From an uncultured Clostridia bacterium (GTDB lineage: Bacteria > Bacillota > Clostridia > TANB77 > CAG-508): a stretch of DNA of 59,199 nucleotides. Below the pieces are notes generated by a model. That model did not search any database. It saw only the letters and a list, made by a program, of their open reading frames with translations, and was not told the origin of the DNA. The position numbers and the translations under genes are program-made. The stretch covers positions 1 through 59,199 of the forward strand of contig CALXFF010000005.1 of the NCBI GenBank assembly GCA_944387525.1. Reading direction: 5' to 3'. Below are positions 9,189 to 19,635 of the stretch, in pieces; the stretch's first letter is position 1, and each line of letters starts with the position of its first letter.

Positions 9189-10418
9189 TTAATCTTCAAC
9201 ATAGTATTTTGTTCCTAGCATTTTATCAGGCAAATATTGTTGTTCTACGTAATGACCTGGATAATCATGTGGATATAGATATCCTTCATGATATCCAAGT
9301 TCTTTCATTTTTTCTATTGGTGCATTTCTTATATGCATTGGCACTTCCCCAGTATCTTTTGTTTGTACATCTTCTAAAGCTTTATTTATTGCCATATATG
9401 ATGCATTGGATTTTTTTGATGTTGCTACATACACTGCTGCTTCTGCAAGTAATATTCTTGCTTCTGGCATTCCAATCATATGTACTGCTTGCATTGCTGC
9501 ATTTGCTACAACTAATGCATTTGGATTTGCCATGCCCACATCTTCTGATGCACAAATAACTATTCTTCTTGCTAAAAACATTGGGTCTTCTCCACCATTT
9601 ATTGCTCTTGCTAAATAAAATATTGCTGCATCTGGGTCTGAACCTCTCATGGATTTAATAAATGCACTTATATTATCATAATGTTCTTCTCCATTTTTAT
9701 CAAATATTGCTTTTTTTGATTGAACACTATTTTTTATAACTTCATCAGTTATATGTATATATCCATCACTTTCCATATTTGTTGTCAATACTGCTACTTC
9801 TAAACCATTTAATGCTGTCCTAACATCTCCGCCACTTATTATTGCTAATTTCTTTAAGGTTTCATCTTCTATTTTTATATTATAATCTCCTAAACCATCT
9901 TTTCTTTCTATTGCATTTTTTAGTATTTGAAAAATGTTTTCTTCTGTTAATGGATTTAATTTTATTACCATTGACCTTGAAATTAAAGCCTTATTTACTT
10001 CAAAATATGGATTTTCTGTTGTTGCTCCTATTAAAATTATTGTTCCATTTTCTACATATGGAAGTAAAGCATCTTGTTGTAATTTATTGAATCTATGAAT
10101 TTCGTCTATAAACAAAATACTTTTTCCTGTTGGATTTAACATAAAATTTTTAGTTTCTTCTATTACTCTTTTAATATCTGCAACTCCTGATGTTACTGCA
10201 TTTATTTTATAAAATTTGTATTTTGTTGTTTCACTTATTACTCTTGCAAGTGATGTTTTTCCACATCCAGGAGGTCCAAATAGAATGATACTTGATAATC
10301 TATCTGCCTTTATTGTTCTATATAATATTTTGTCTTTACCCAAAACATGTTCTTGTCCTACATATTCGTCTAATGTTCTTGGTCTAATTCTAAATGCTAA
10401 TGGCTCATTTGAATTCAT
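9189..10418 (-). CDS. rarA: Replication-associated recombination protein A (AAA+ ATPase, MgsA/RarA)
   Basis: [24 protein letters not shown]...[13 protein letters not shown], plus a conserved MgsA C-terminal domain. Confidence 0.9.
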   Translation of the reverse strand: MNSNEPLAFRIRPRTLDEYVGQEHVLGKDKILYRTIKADRLSSIILFGPPGCGKTSLARVISETTKYKFYKINAVTSGVADIKRVIEETKNFMLNPTGKSILFIDEIHRFNKLQQDALLPYVENGTIILIGATTENPYFEVNKALISRSMVIKLNPLTEENIFQILKNAIERKDGLGDYNIKIEDETLKKLAIISGGDVRTALNGLEVAVLTTNMESDGYIHITDEVIKNSVQSKKAIFDKNGEEHYDNISAFIKSMRGSDPDAAIFYLARAINGGEDPMFLARRIVICASEDVGMANPNALVVANAAMQAVHMIGMPEARILLAEAAVYVATSKKSNASYMAINKALEDVQTKDTGEVPMHIRNAPIEKMKELGYHEGYLYPHDYPGHYVEQQYLPDKMLGTKYYVED

Positions 10419-10437
10419 AAATATCGACTTCCTTTTT

Positions 10438-11091
10438 CTATAACTCTTTACCCAATAACAATAATCCTTTTTTGATTAAATCTTCTGTTGATAATTCTTT
10501 TTTATTTTCTATGTTTTCAAATGCTTTTTCTATTAATCTCTTATTATATCCCAATACTTGAAGTGCTGCAATTGCTTCTGATACTCTATTATCATTTTCT
10601 ATTGCTTGTTTTACTTTAATATCTGTTTCAGATAATTTTCTTGCATCTTTACCTTGAGTAGCATTTGTTAATTCTTCAATTTGTTGTTCTTGTTTAATCT
10701 TATCTTTCAATTCAAGAATTATTCTTTTAGCTGATTTTGGTCCAATCCCCGGAATTGTTGTTAATGTTTTTATATCTTCTGAAATCACTGCAAGTGCAAA
10801 ATCAGAAGGCTCACAAACTGCAAGCATTGTTAATGCCGTTTTTGCGCCAACCCCACTTACACCAATTAATAATTCAAACATTTTTAATTCTTCTAATGTA
10901 TTAAAACCAAAGATACTAATATCATCTTCTCTAACTCTATAATATGTATGTACTTTAACAGTATCACCAATATTTCCTAATCTATCCATTCCTGCTTCTG
11001 ACATAAATACTTTGTAACCTAATCCTCCTACATCAATTACTACATATCCTGTCATTTTCATTTCTAAAGTTCCTTTTATATATGCTAACAT
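10438..11091 (-). CDS. ruvA: Holliday junction branch migration protein RuvA
   Basis: MLAYIKGTLE...GLGYKV... followed by HhH motifs (GVGAKTAL, IPGIGPKSAKRI). Start placed at the ATG 9 nt after AAAGGAA. Confidence 0.9.
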   Translation of the reverse strand: MLAYIKGTLEMKMTGYVVIDVGGLGYKVFMSEAGMDRLGNIGDTVKVHTYYRVREDDISIFGFNTLEELKMFELLIGVSGVGAKTALTMLAVCEPSDFALAVISEDIKTLTTIPGIGPKSAKRIILELKDKIKQEQQIEELTNATQGKDARKLSETDIKVKQAIENDNRVSEAIAALQVLGYNKRLIEKAFENIENKKELSTEDLIKKGLLLLGKEL

Positions 11092-11130
11092 CTTATACAT
11101 TCCTTTCTTTTGTCACTCTAAAATTATTCA

Positions 11131-11697
11131 TTATATATCATAAAAATATGTTGCTTCTAAATCTGCTTCATGTGTTAATAATGCTATTGGATATTTTTTA
11201 TATGCTGCACCAATTGTGTTATATATTTCTTTTGGTTCTGTATATCCCATATGCCATCTAATTGAATATTTTTCTTCCGGTGTTAATTTCATATATTCTG
11301 TAATCATCATAACTGATTTTTCTCCATGTCCATATGGAATTGTGTCATCTATTGTATAATATGGCACTTTTTCCCATACTCCTAAAGCATTTTTTGCATT
11401 TCTGTAATCTACTTTATAAAAATTTGTTTTGCATATATCATGTAATAATCCTATTATTATAATTGATTCTTCTGGTATATTTATTGGCTCTACACAATGT
11501 TCTACCTTATGTTTTAAAATTTCATACACCTTTAAACTATGCTCTGCTAATCCACTTTCAAAACTCCCATGAAATCTTGTACTTGCTGGTGCTTTGAAAA
11601 AATCTGATTTTTCTAAAAAATTTATTAAATCATCTATTCCTTCTCTTTTTACAGTTTTTAATAAATCTAAATATTGTTGTTTTATATTTTCTTTCAT
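11131..11697 (-). CDS. HD-domain metal-dependent phosphohydrolase
   Basis: HGSFESGLAEHS and LLHDICK motifs. Confidence 0.75.
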   Translation of the reverse strand: MKENIKQQYLDLLKTVKREGIDDLINFLEKSDFFKAPASTRFHGSFESGLAEHSLKVYEILKHKVEHCVEPINIPEESIIIIGLLHDICKTNFYKVDYRNAKNALGVWEKVPYYTIDDTIPYGHGEKSVMMITEYMKLTPEEKYSIRWHMGYTEPKEIYNTIGAAYKKYPIALLTHEADLEATYFYDI

Positions 11698-11853
11698 TAC
11701 TATTATCATTCCTTCCACTAATTTTTATTTAATTTATTGAATTTACTTATTTATAACATTGTTCTTGTTCTCATGTATTATATATTTTACACTAAAAAAA
11801 GTCAACCTTTTGGCGAAAATTTGTTTTTAATATTTTCTTGTTTTTTCCATTAT

Positions 11854-11885
11854 AAAAGACTTCGTAATTTATTACGAAATCTTTT
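11854..11885 (-). terminator. Likely dapL terminator, displaced about 130 bp from the stop by the GC-rich repeat
   Basis: 14-bp stem AAAGACTTCGTAAT/ATTACGAAATCTTT with a T run on the minus strand. Confidence 0.6.
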
Positions 11886-11972
11886 AATTTATCGTTTTAA
11901 GAGTAAGCCTAAATATCTAAAAGCAGTGATTTTCAAGTTCGTTCCATAAGCCATGGAAACAGGAATTTTTTA

Positions 11973-12027
11973 GGTCCGTCCCTAAATCCCTAAAAACTGG
12001 GATTTAGAGGACCGTCCCCCTAATCCC
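11973..12027. repeat. 55-bp GC-rich repeat unit, copy 1 (solo)
   Basis: GGTCCGTCCCTAAATCCCTAAAAACTGGGATTTAGAGGACCGTCCCCCTAATCCC. It aligns with the copies at 19302, 19581 and 52344 and overlaps the dapL stop. Confidence 0.9.
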
Positions 12028-13255
12028 TCCAATTTTTTATTCTCTCAATTGCTTCTATTGAATTTTCTTTAGTTCCAAAGGCAGTTAATCTAAAATACCC
12101 TTCACCATGTGGTCCAAATCCACTTCCTGGAGTTCCAACAACATTTACTTCTTCTAGTAATTTATCAAAGAACTCCCATGAAGTCATGCCTTTAGGTACT
12201 TGTAACCAAATATATGGTGAATTAACACCTCCATATGTTGTAAATCCTGCATCCTCTAATCCATTTTTTATTATTTTTGCATTTTCTAAGTAACTTTCAA
12301 TATTAGCTCTAATTTGTTTCTTACCTTCTTCTGAATATGTAGCTTCTGCAGCTCTTTGTACAACATATGATACTCCATTAAATTTTGTACAAGTCCTTCT
12401 ATTCCATAACTTATTTAATTCTACTGTTTCTCCAGCCTTTGTGTATCCTTTTACTGTGTGTGGAATTACTACATATGCACATCTAACACCTGTAAAGCCT
12501 GCTGTTTTTGAAAAGCTCTTAAATTCTATTGCAACATCTTTTGCTCCTTCTACTTCATAGATACTATGTGGTATATCTTCTTCTGTTATAAATGCTTCAT
12601 ATGCTGCATCATATAGAATAATACTATTATTTTCTTTAGCATAGTCTACCCAAACTTTTAAATCTTCTTTTGTTAATACTGTTCCAGTTGGATTATTTGG
12701 GAAACATAGATATATCATATCTACCTTTTCTTTTGGTAATTCTGGTTTGAAATTATTTTCAGCTGTTACTGGTAAATATACAATATTTTCATACATGTCT
12801 TTTTCTTTGTTATATTTTCCACTTCTTCCTGACATTACATTTGTGTCTAAATATACTGGATATACTGGATCTGTAATTGCAACTTTATTATCCTCAGCAA
12901 ATATATCTACTATATTTCCACAATCACATTTTGCACCATCTGATACAAATATTTCATCTGCTTTAATATCTATTCCTCTTGCTTTATAATCATTTTGAAC
13001 TATTGCGTTTCTTAAAAATTCATATCCTTGTTCTGGTCCATACCCTTTAAAGCCTTCTTGTGTTCCAATTTCATCTACCGCTTTATGCATTGCTGCTATA
13101 CATGCTGGTACTATTGGCTTTGTAACATCTCCTATTCCTAATTTTATGATTTTTTTGTCTGGATTTTCTTCTGTGTATTTTGCTACTTTTTTTGCTATTG
13201 TTGAAAATAAGTAGCTATCTTGCATATTTAAAAAATTTTCATTTATATAACTCAT
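12020..13255 (-). CDS. dapL: LL-diaminopimelate aminotransferase
   Basis: [24 protein letters not shown] is a typical DapL N-terminus, with the class I/II aminotransferase lysine region ([12 protein letters not shown]). Start placed at the ATG after AAGGAG. Confidence 0.9.
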   Translation of the reverse strand: MSYINENFLNMQDSYLFSTIAKKVAKYTEENPDKKIIKLGIGDVTKPIVPACIAAMHKAVDEIGTQEGFKGYGPEQGYEFLRNAIVQNDYKARGIDIKADEIFVSDGAKCDCGNIVDIFAEDNKVAITDPVYPVYLDTNVMSGRSGKYNKEKDMYENIVYLPVTAENNFKPELPKEKVDMIYLCFPNNPTGTVLTKEDLKVWVDYAKENNSIILYDAAYEAFITEEDIPHSIYEVEGAKDVAIEFKSFSKTAGFTGVRCAYVVIPHTVKGYTKAGETVELNKLWNRRTCTKFNGVSYVVQRAAEATYSEEGKKQIRANIESYLENAKIIKNGLEDAGFTTYGGVNSPYIWLQVPKGMTSWEFFDKLLEEVNVVGTPGSGFGPHGEGYFRLTAFGTKENSIEAIERIKNWRD

Positions 13256-13345
13256 TGTTATTTCTCCTTTCAAATTTGATTTTTCTGTAAAAATTTGTTA
13301 TAATATTTATGTAACCTGTTATACAGATTCATATTGGAGGTATCT

Positions 13346-13609
13346 ATGAATAAAGTAGAGCTTATTGAAAAACAACTTTTGGACAAGACAAACTATATCA
13401 CTACTAATTCAGTAATTGAAGCACTGGAAAATGAAGAGTTATTCAATACTCTTTTTGCCTATCACGAACTCGACTTAACATGGAAGACCGATTTTCGGCA
13501 TCTAATTTCCGGTGAATACTTAGATGACTTAACATTTTCTCTTCTTCTTTCACTTTCTGATGAAGAAAAAGCAGAATTGTTAAAGCATTTGAAACCTTCA
13601 GACGAGTAG
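13346..13609 (+). CDS. Hypothetical 87-aa acidic protein
   Basis: GGAGG lies 5 nt before the ATG and the terminator follows the stop. No family recognised. Codon usage is slightly GC-richer than the neighbours and includes an in-frame CGG. Confidence 0.45.
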   Translation: MNKVELIEKQLLDKTNYITTNSVIEALENEELFNTLFAYHELDLTWKTDFRHLISGEYLDDLTFSLLLSLSDEEKAELLKHLKPSDE

Positions 13610-13634
13610 CCTCACTTGAGGCTCTCTTTTTTTA
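13608..13634 (+). terminator. Rho-independent terminator
   Basis: AGCCTCA-ct-TGAGGCT followed by a T run. Confidence 0.7.
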
Positions 13635-13643
13635 TTTTATAAA

Positions 13644-14480
13644 TTATATCTCTAACACACCTTCAAAAACTGTAACAGCTGGTCCTGTCATATATATATG
13701 ATTATTTTCCTCATTCCATTCTATATATAATTTTCCACCTAATAATTCAACTTCTACATTTCTATCAGTTTTTCCATTAAGATAGCACGCAACAGCTGTA
13801 GCACATGCTCCTGTACCACATGCAAGAGTTTCTCCTGCTCCTCTTTCCCAAACTCTCATTTTAACATGATTTTTATCAACAATTTGTATAAACTCTACAT
13901 TTGTTTTATTTGGAAAAGCTTTGTCAACTTCCAACACTTTGCCATATTTTTCTACATCAAATTTCTCTGTATCTTCCACTTCTGTTATTGCATGAGGATT
14001 TCCCATAGATACACAAGTAAATTTGAATTTTCTTCCTTCAGCTTCTAGCATTAGATTTTTAACCGGCTCTTCATCTGAAATAACTGGTATTTCTTTTGGG
14101 TTTAATATAGGTTCTTCCATATCTACCTTTACCGTTTCTACCTTTCCTTCTTTTGTATTTAACTCTAATGTTTTAATTCCTGCAAGTGTTTCTACTGTTA
14201 CTGTTGTTTTATCTGTAAGACCTTTGTCATATACAAATTTTCCAACACAACGTATGCCATTTCCACACATCTCTGCCTCACTTCCATCTGAATTAAACAT
14301 TCTCATTTTGAAGTCAGCAACATCACTTTTACATATTAAAATTAATCCATCTGATCCTATTCCAAAGTGCCTATTACTAACAAATTGAGCTAGAGATGAT
14401 TCATTTTCTATTTTTTGATGGATTGCATCCATATAGACATAATCATTCCCTAGCCCTTGCATTTTTGTAAATTTAATCAT
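13644..14480 (-). CDS. dapF: Diaminopimelate epimerase
   Basis: [13 protein letters not shown], the two catalytic Cys regions ([17 protein letters not shown]) and NPH. Confidence 0.92.
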   Translation of the reverse strand: MIKFTKMQGLGNDYVYMDAIHQKIENESSLAQFVSNRHFGIGSDGLILICKSDVADFKMRMFNSDGSEAEMCGNGIRCVGKFVYDKGLTDKTTVTVETLAGIKTLELNTKEGKVETVKVDMEEPILNPKEIPVISDEEPVKNLMLEAEGRKFKFTCVSMGNPHAITEVEDTEKFDVEKYGKVLEVDKAFPNKTNVEFIQIVDKNHVKMRVWERGAGETLACGTGACATAVACYLNGKTDRNVEVELLGGKLYIEWNEENNHIYMTGPAVTVFEGVLEI

Positions 14481-14506
14481 AATTTTCACCTTCTTTAGGT
14501 ATTAAT

Positions 14507-14538
14507 AGCCAGTAAAATATATTTATATTCTACTGGCT
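14507..14538 (-). terminator. Hairpin downstream of ORF 14592-14993
   Basis: AGCCAGTA-N16-TACTGGCT. Confidence 0.5.
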
Positions 14539-14591
14539 GTAATTCTAGCATAATATTTTATTTTTTGCAAGCAAATTTTGTTACAGAAATT

Positions 14592-14993
14592 TCACTTATT
14601 TCTTTTTTGATATTCCTTTATATCTATCAAACCATTCATAAAATCATCTGTTAGCTTTTCTTCAAAAATATACTCACCATTTTTGTATCGTAAAATATAA
14701 TCATTTCCAATTTTATCCTTTAAATCCTGTGGTATATTAGTTTCTTCAAATACTTTATTGGTACTCATATTTTGTAAATACACTCCCTTAGAACTAAAGT
14801 CCACAACTTGGTATAATTCATTTTCTTTTCTAAATTCATTTAATTCGTTTGCATTAGTATTCTCATTGCCCATTTGATTTTCTCCTTTTTCTTTAACATT
14901 TGCTAAATGGTTTGAAAGTTCTTCCATAAAGTTGTTTACGAAGTCACTTTCTTTTATTTTATTTACTATATCATTTATTAAATCTAAACTCAA
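14592..14993 (-). CDS. Hypothetical acidic 133-aa protein
   Basis: TTG start 6 nt after GGAAGGTGA. No family recognised. Confidence 0.5.
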   Translation of the reverse strand: MSLDLINDIVNKIKESDFVNNFMEELSNHLANVKEKGENQMGNENTNANELNEFRKENELYQVVDFSSKGVYLQNMSTNKVFEETNIPQDLKDKIGNDYILRYKNGEYIFEEKLTDDFMNGLIDIKEYQKRNK

Positions 14994-15140
14994 ATATTAT
15001 CACCTTCCTAGCTTATTTTTGTGTTTTGGATATTGTTAAAAGAAACAAAATAGAATTTTTAATAAAACAAAAAGATTTAAACTAGGTGTATTATATATTA
15101 AGTTATATGTTATGTCAATTGTTTCTTGAATATTTTTTAT

Positions 15141-15932
15141 TTATTGTTCGGAACTATCACCTGTTGCATAATTAATTGTAACTCCCGGCTGTACATTATA
15201 TACAAAAACATTAAAACTAACACCTTGTCCATTATCCTCAACAGAATATGCTTCCATTTCCACCCCATTAGCCAAAAGATTATCACCTTCAAATATTGGA
15301 GTTACTCTATATAAAACATGATTATTTGGATTTTGTTCAATATATTCAGCCACTTTATTTTCAAATGGCAACATACCTTCTACATTAAAACATCTAGTAC
15401 CAGTAATCAAATTCTTTTCATTTGCATTTTCTGCTGACAATTGATATCCAATCAAATGACATCTATTATATAAATACTCTCCATCATACTTTGCTTGAAC
15501 CCAACCTGTTGGTTTTACATTACTAATACTTTCTCTTTCTTCTCCATCAACTGGCATTGTCTTTTTGCAAATATTTGCATATGCCACTCCACATCTACCT
15601 AATTCATCCAATTCGCTATATTTTTCAAAACTTTCAGTTGTATATTCACTTTCTTCAAAATATGGAACATTATTATTTATCTCAACATATATATCTCCAG
15701 CATATTCTGGAATATTCTCAATACTAAGATTTATATTACTTTGAGTCAATTCACTTGTAGAACTTGTTGAAACAGCATTATTCTCTACTGCATTATTAGT
15801 TACATTTGTTGTACTTAGTATATCTTCTCCAAAATATATACCAATTCCTAGACAAATTGCAATTATTATTCCTATCAATTGTTTTACCATTTTACTCTGA
15901 CTTTTAGAACTTTGCCTTCTACCTCTACTCAT
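15141..15932 (-). CDS. Membrane-anchored DNA/RNA non-specific endonuclease (EndA/DNA-entry nuclease type)
   Basis: NRCHLIGYQLSAENANEKNLITGTRCFN is the EndA-like active-site region; there is an N-terminal TM helix. Confidence 0.85.
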   Translation of the reverse strand: MSRGRRQSSKSQSKMVKQLIGIIIAICLGIGIYFGEDILSTTNVTNNAVENNAVSTSSTSELTQSNINLSIENIPEYAGDIYVEINNNVPYFEESEYTTESFEKYSELDELGRCGVAYANICKKTMPVDGEERESISNVKPTGWVQAKYDGEYLYNRCHLIGYQLSAENANEKNLITGTRCFNVEGMLPFENKVAEYIEQNPNNHVLYRVTPIFEGDNLLANGVEMEAYSVEDNGQGVSFNVFVYNVQPGVTINYATGDSSEQ

Positions 15933-16222
15933 TTTATCAACTCCCACATTGTATAATCTTCACTTTTAACATTTACATTCTATCATAATTTTTTTAATTG
16001 TAAAATATATCAACATTATATTTTATTTTTTGTGTGAATTTTATGTAAATTTTCATTTATCTATATTGAACTATATAAATATTTATGGTAAAATATGGTA
16101 ACAGTTTAATCTATATCATATATTGCTTAATTTTAAATCTTTTATTTTCTTATTATTTTTTTCGATTTTAATTTTCAATATATCTAAATTTAACTGTAAA
16201 TTTATTTCAAGGAGGCTTGCCT

Positions 16223-17119
16223 ATGCAAGAAAATCAAATTATTAAACCTACTAAGGATAAAAAAAGTAAAAAATCTATTCTTTCTCCAAAGCTGGATGTT
16301 GTTTTTCAAATTCTTTTTGGAGAAGTTGGAAGTGAAGAAATCACAAAAGATTTGTTAAGTACAATACTTGATGAAGAAATTAACGAAATTGATTTAAATC
16401 AAAATATAGTATTACGAAGAAGGTCCTTAAAAGATAAAATGGGAGTAGTAGATGTTCTGGCAAAAATAAATAATAATGAATATTGTAATATAGAAATGCA
16501 AATCATAGATTATAAAAATTCAGAAAAAAGGACATTATACTATTGGTCAAAAAAATATACAGAAGAAATACAAAAAGGAAATGACTATAAAGATTTAAAG
16601 AGGACAATATGTGTATTAATAGCAGATTTTGAAATAAAAGATTTAGAAGGATTAGGCTTTCATAGTAAATGGAAAATAATTGAAGTGAATGAAAGAAAAA
16701 AAGTATTGACAGATGATTTTGAATTACATATAATTGAATTACCCAAAATGAGAAAAAGAAAGGCTAACGGAAAAGATGAAAAATTGCTAGAATGGTTAAG
16801 TTTTTTAGAAAATCCTGAAAGTAACGAGGTGATAAGTTATATGGAGAAAAATGAAAATATGAAAAAAGCAAAAGAGAAATTAAATACTCTAAGTGCAAAT
16901 GATGAATTAAGAATTTTAGCAGAATTAAGAGAAAAAGCAATACGAGATGAAAAATCTCTAAAAGAAGGTTATTACAATGATGGAAAACTAGATGGATTAA
17001 AACAAGGACTTGAACAAAAAAATAAAGAAATTGCTAAAAAACTAAAAGAAAAAGGATTAAGCAATGATTTTATAATCGAAATAACTAATTTAACTAAAGA
17101 AGAAATAGAAAAATTATAA
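16223..17119 (+). CDS. Rpn-family recombination-promoting nuclease / putative transposase (PD-(D/E)XK, PDDEXK_2/TIGR01784-like)
   Basis: LDVVFQILFG...VVDVLAKINNNEYCNIEMQI core; AAGGAGG 7 nt before the ATG. Confidence 0.8.
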   Translation: MQENQIIKPTKDKKSKKSILSPKLDVVFQILFGEVGSEEITKDLLSTILDEEINEIDLNQNIVLRRRSLKDKMGVVDVLAKINNNEYCNIEMQIIDYKNSEKRTLYYWSKKYTEEIQKGNDYKDLKRTICVLIADFEIKDLEGLGFHSKWKIIEVNERKKVLTDDFELHIIELPKMRKRKANGKDEKLLEWLSFLENPESNEVISYMEKNENMKKAKEKLNTLSANDELRILAELREKAIRDEKSLKEGYYNDGKLDGLKQGLEQKNKEIAKKLKEKGLSNDFIIEITNLTKEEIEKL

Positions 17120-17263
17120 ATCTAAAACTATATAAATATTTACATATGCTGTTTCTAATTATTTTATTAATTTTCCATTAATTCACTTTAAAAACACATT
17201 ATTTTATTATATAATATCTAAAGAACAATTGATACAAACGAACAAATAGAAACGGTGATTGTT

Positions 17264-17947
17264 ATGAAGATATTTAGAAAAATATTACTAATACTACTAA
17301 TCTTAATAATAGTTGCTTGTGGTCTAATGTTTATACTAGGATATAGTGCATACTCTTCAGCTTTAAAAGAAAAGCCATTGCTTACTAGAATAGAAGAAGT
17401 AACAAGTGATGAACATTACACAAGTTTTGATAACTTATCAGAAGATTATAGAAATGCAGTTGTTGCAGTTGAAGACCATAGATTTTATGACCATGGAGCT
17501 GTTGACCCAATTGGAATTGCAAGAGCATTATGGGTTAATGTTACGAACTGGGAATTACAAGAAGGTGGTAGTACCATAACTCAACAAGTTGCGAAAAACG
17601 TTGTATTTTCGCAAGAAGAAACATTTTCAAGAAAACTAGGAGAAATTTTAGCAGCATATGATATTGAAAAAAATTATAGTAAAAATGAAATCTTAGCATT
17701 ATATGTTAATACTTGTTATTTTGGAGAAGGATACTATGGAATCTATGATGCAAGTATGGGATACTATAATAAAGAACCAAAAGATTTAAATTTAGATGAA
17801 GCTTCAATGCTTGCTGGAGTTCCTAATGCTCCATCAGCTTATGCTCCAACCGTAAATCCTGACTTAGCAAAGAAAAGACAAGAACATGTCTTAGAAAAAA
17901 TGGTAGAAAACGGCTATATTTCGCAATCAGAAGCCAGTGCAATTTAA
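17264..17947 (+). CDS. Monofunctional peptidoglycan glycosyltransferase (GT51)
   Basis: EDHRFYDHGAVD, GGSTITQQVAKN and RKLGE motifs, with an N-terminal TM helix and no transpeptidase domain. Confidence 0.85.
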   Translation: MKIFRKILLILLILIIVACGLMFILGYSAYSSALKEKPLLTRIEEVTSDEHYTSFDNLSEDYRNAVVAVEDHRFYDHGAVDPIGIARALWVNVTNWELQEGGSTITQQVAKNVVFSQEETFSRKLGEILAAYDIEKNYSKNEILALYVNTCYFGEGYYGIYDASMGYYNKEPKDLNLDEASMLAGVPNAPSAYAPTVNPDLAKKRQEHVLEKMVENGYISQSEASAI

Positions 17948-17980
17948 GAGATGATTTGGGGACGGAGAAAAAATCATCTC
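17948..17980. terminator. Bidirectional hairpin whose loop carries a GGGGACGGAG repeat fragment
   Basis: GAGATGATTT-N13-AAATCATCTC. It overlaps the stop of the MazG-like gene. Confidence 0.6.
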
Positions 17981-18360
17981 TCATCTAAACTATTTTTTCT
18001 CCAATCTTTTTTCATTTCTTGCTCTTCTCTTTCATCTACTCTATCTTGTTCAACATCAATTAAATATACTCTATTATAAAATCCACCTTTTTGTTCCCTT
18101 TTAAGTGCTTGCACTTTCTTTAATTCTTCATAACTAATATTTTTTGCCTTCATAATACTTTGAATTACTTCCATAATATCCGCTAATTCTTCAACAGCAT
18201 TTTCTTCTATAAATTCGTGTGCCTCTTCTAACAATTTCTTATTTAATTCTTTTATATATTCTTCGTCATCCATTATTCTCCAATTTGCTTTTCTACCTTC
18301 CATGCTGTCAATATTTTCTGGAATCTTATCTCTTACCAATTTATTATATGTATATTTCAT
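17974..18360 (-). CDS. MazG-like / phosphoribosyl-ATP pyrophosphohydrolase-like NTP pyrophosphatase
   Basis: KLVRDKIPE...LLEEAHEF...ELADIMEV pattern of all-alpha NTP-PPases. Confidence 0.7.
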   Translation of the reverse strand: MKYTYNKLVRDKIPENIDSMEGRKANWRIMDDEEYIKELNKKLLEEAHEFIEENAVEELADIMEVIQSIMKAKNISYEELKKVQALKREQKGGFYNRVYLIDVEQDRVDEREEQEMKKDWRKNSLDER

Positions 18361-18492
18361 TTACAACATCTCCTTACCAAAATGTTGTTTGTATTTTATC
18401 ATCTATATACTAAAAAGTCAATGAAATTTATATAATTCAAAAAGTGCATTTTTTCTTTTTATCTTCATATATTGTACTATACTGGAGGTATT

Positions 18493-19302
18493 ATGAAATT
18501 TATTATTATAAAAAGGAAAAATATTATTATCACTTTAATCTTCTTTATTGTAGTCTTCGCTATAATATTTCTTTTACTAAATTTAAAAAACATTTCAGCA
18601 GATAAAAATTCTAATATAGATAATAGCAATAAATCTATACAAACCAGTAGCAATGAACTAGAAGATTTTTATAGCAAAATACAAAATCTAACTAATCAAA
18701 AAGAAAAAATTGCATATTTAACTTTTGATGATGGTCCTACTTTAAAATCTACAAATAAAATCCTTGATATATTAAATAAAGAAAATGTAAAAGCTAGTTT
18801 TTTTGTTATCGGAAAGCATGTAAAAGAACATCCTGAATTAGTAAAACGAGCATATGAAGAAGGACATTATATTGCAAATCATGGTTACAGTCATAATAAT
18901 AGCAAATTATATTCAAGTGCAGATGCTTTTATAAATGAAATTACATCTACTGATATAGAAATTGGAAAAGCTATTGGAGTTAATGATTATTGCTCTCACA
19001 TATTTCGCTTTCCAAATGGATATATGTCATCTGTTTATAAATCAAAGAAAGAAGAATATGTTACTCTTCTTTCTAATATTGATTATACATATATTGATTG
19101 GAATTGTTTAAATAAAGACTCTGAGAAAAAATACAGTAATCAAGAGTTATTAAATAACTTAAAACTATCTGCCAAAAATAAAGGTACTTTAGTTATTTTG
19201 ATGCATGATACTTCTGATGTTAATCAAACAGATTTAGTCTTAAAAGATTCTATAGATTACCTAAAGGAACAAGGATATACCTTTAAAAATTTTTACGAAT
19301 AG
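18493..19302 (+). CDS. Polysaccharide (peptidoglycan GlcNAc) deacetylase, NodB family, membrane anchored
   Basis: LTFDDGP, HGYSH and LMHD motifs. GGAGG lies 5 nt before the ATG at 18493. Confidence 0.85.
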   Translation: MKFIIIKRKNIIITLIFFIVVFAIIFLLLNLKNISADKNSNIDNSNKSIQTSSNELEDFYSKIQNLTNQKEKIAYLTFDDGPTLKSTNKILDILNKENVKASFFVIGKHVKEHPELVKRAYEEGHYIANHGYSHNNSKLYSSADAFINEITSTDIEIGKAIGVNDYCSHIFRFPNGYMSSVYKSKKEEYVTLLSNIDYTYIDWNCLNKDSEKKYSNQELLNNLKLSAKNKGTLVILMHDTSDVNQTDLVLKDSIDYLKEQGYTFKNFYE

Positions 19303-19356
19303 GGATTTAGGGGACGGTCCTAAAAATCCCTAAAAGCAGGGAATAAGGGACGGACC
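19302..19356. repeat. 55-bp GC-rich repeat unit, copy 2 (inverted orientation)
   Basis: GGGATTTAGGGGACGGTCCTAAAAATCCCTAAAAGCAGGGAATAAGGGACGGACC. Confidence 0.9.
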
Positions 19357-19441
19357 TCTAATCATAATTTAATTATAAAATGATAATATCTTAATAATTT
19401 TTGAAATTTCGAATGCGAATGAAATCTTGTTATACATTCTT

Positions 19442-19498
19442 AAATTATCAGGTAGGAGAATCTCAAACTTGCTTTGAGAGGTGCCTACATGATAATTT
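19442..19498. repeat. Central hairpin of the element; the same hairpin family as 42374-42428
   Basis: ATCAGGTAGGAGAATCTCAAA-cttgc-TTTGAGAGGTGCCTACATGAT, compared with AGCAAGTAGGAAATCTCAAA-cttatc-TTTGAGAAATACCTACTTGCT. Confidence 0.75.
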
Positions 19499-19580
19499 TA
19501 GAATGAATTCAAGATGTAATGTTAGCCGAGAAATGCAATAAATTATTAAAATATTATCATTAAAGTATAAAAGTATAAAA

Positions 19581-19635
19581 GGTCCGTCCCAAAATCCCTA
19601 AAAGCGGGGATTTTTAGGACCGTCCCCTAAATCCC
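19581..19635. repeat. 55-bp GC-rich repeat unit, copy 3
   Basis: GGTCCGTCCCAAAATCCCTAAAAGCGGGGATTTTTAGGACCGTCCCCTAAATCCC. Its last base is the first base of the cgs stop codon as read on the plus strand. Confidence 0.9.

Noticed and set aside
11940-11960. A small hairpin, GTTCCAT-aagcc-ATGGAAC, next to repeat copy 1.
   Set aside because: It is a short isolated stem without a T run or second copy and cannot be distinguished from chance.
13256-13345. A possible lysine riboswitch or T-box upstream of dapL/dapF.
   Set aside because: The intergenic regions (about 90 and about 100 bp) are too short, and I saw no L-box or T-box conserved elements.
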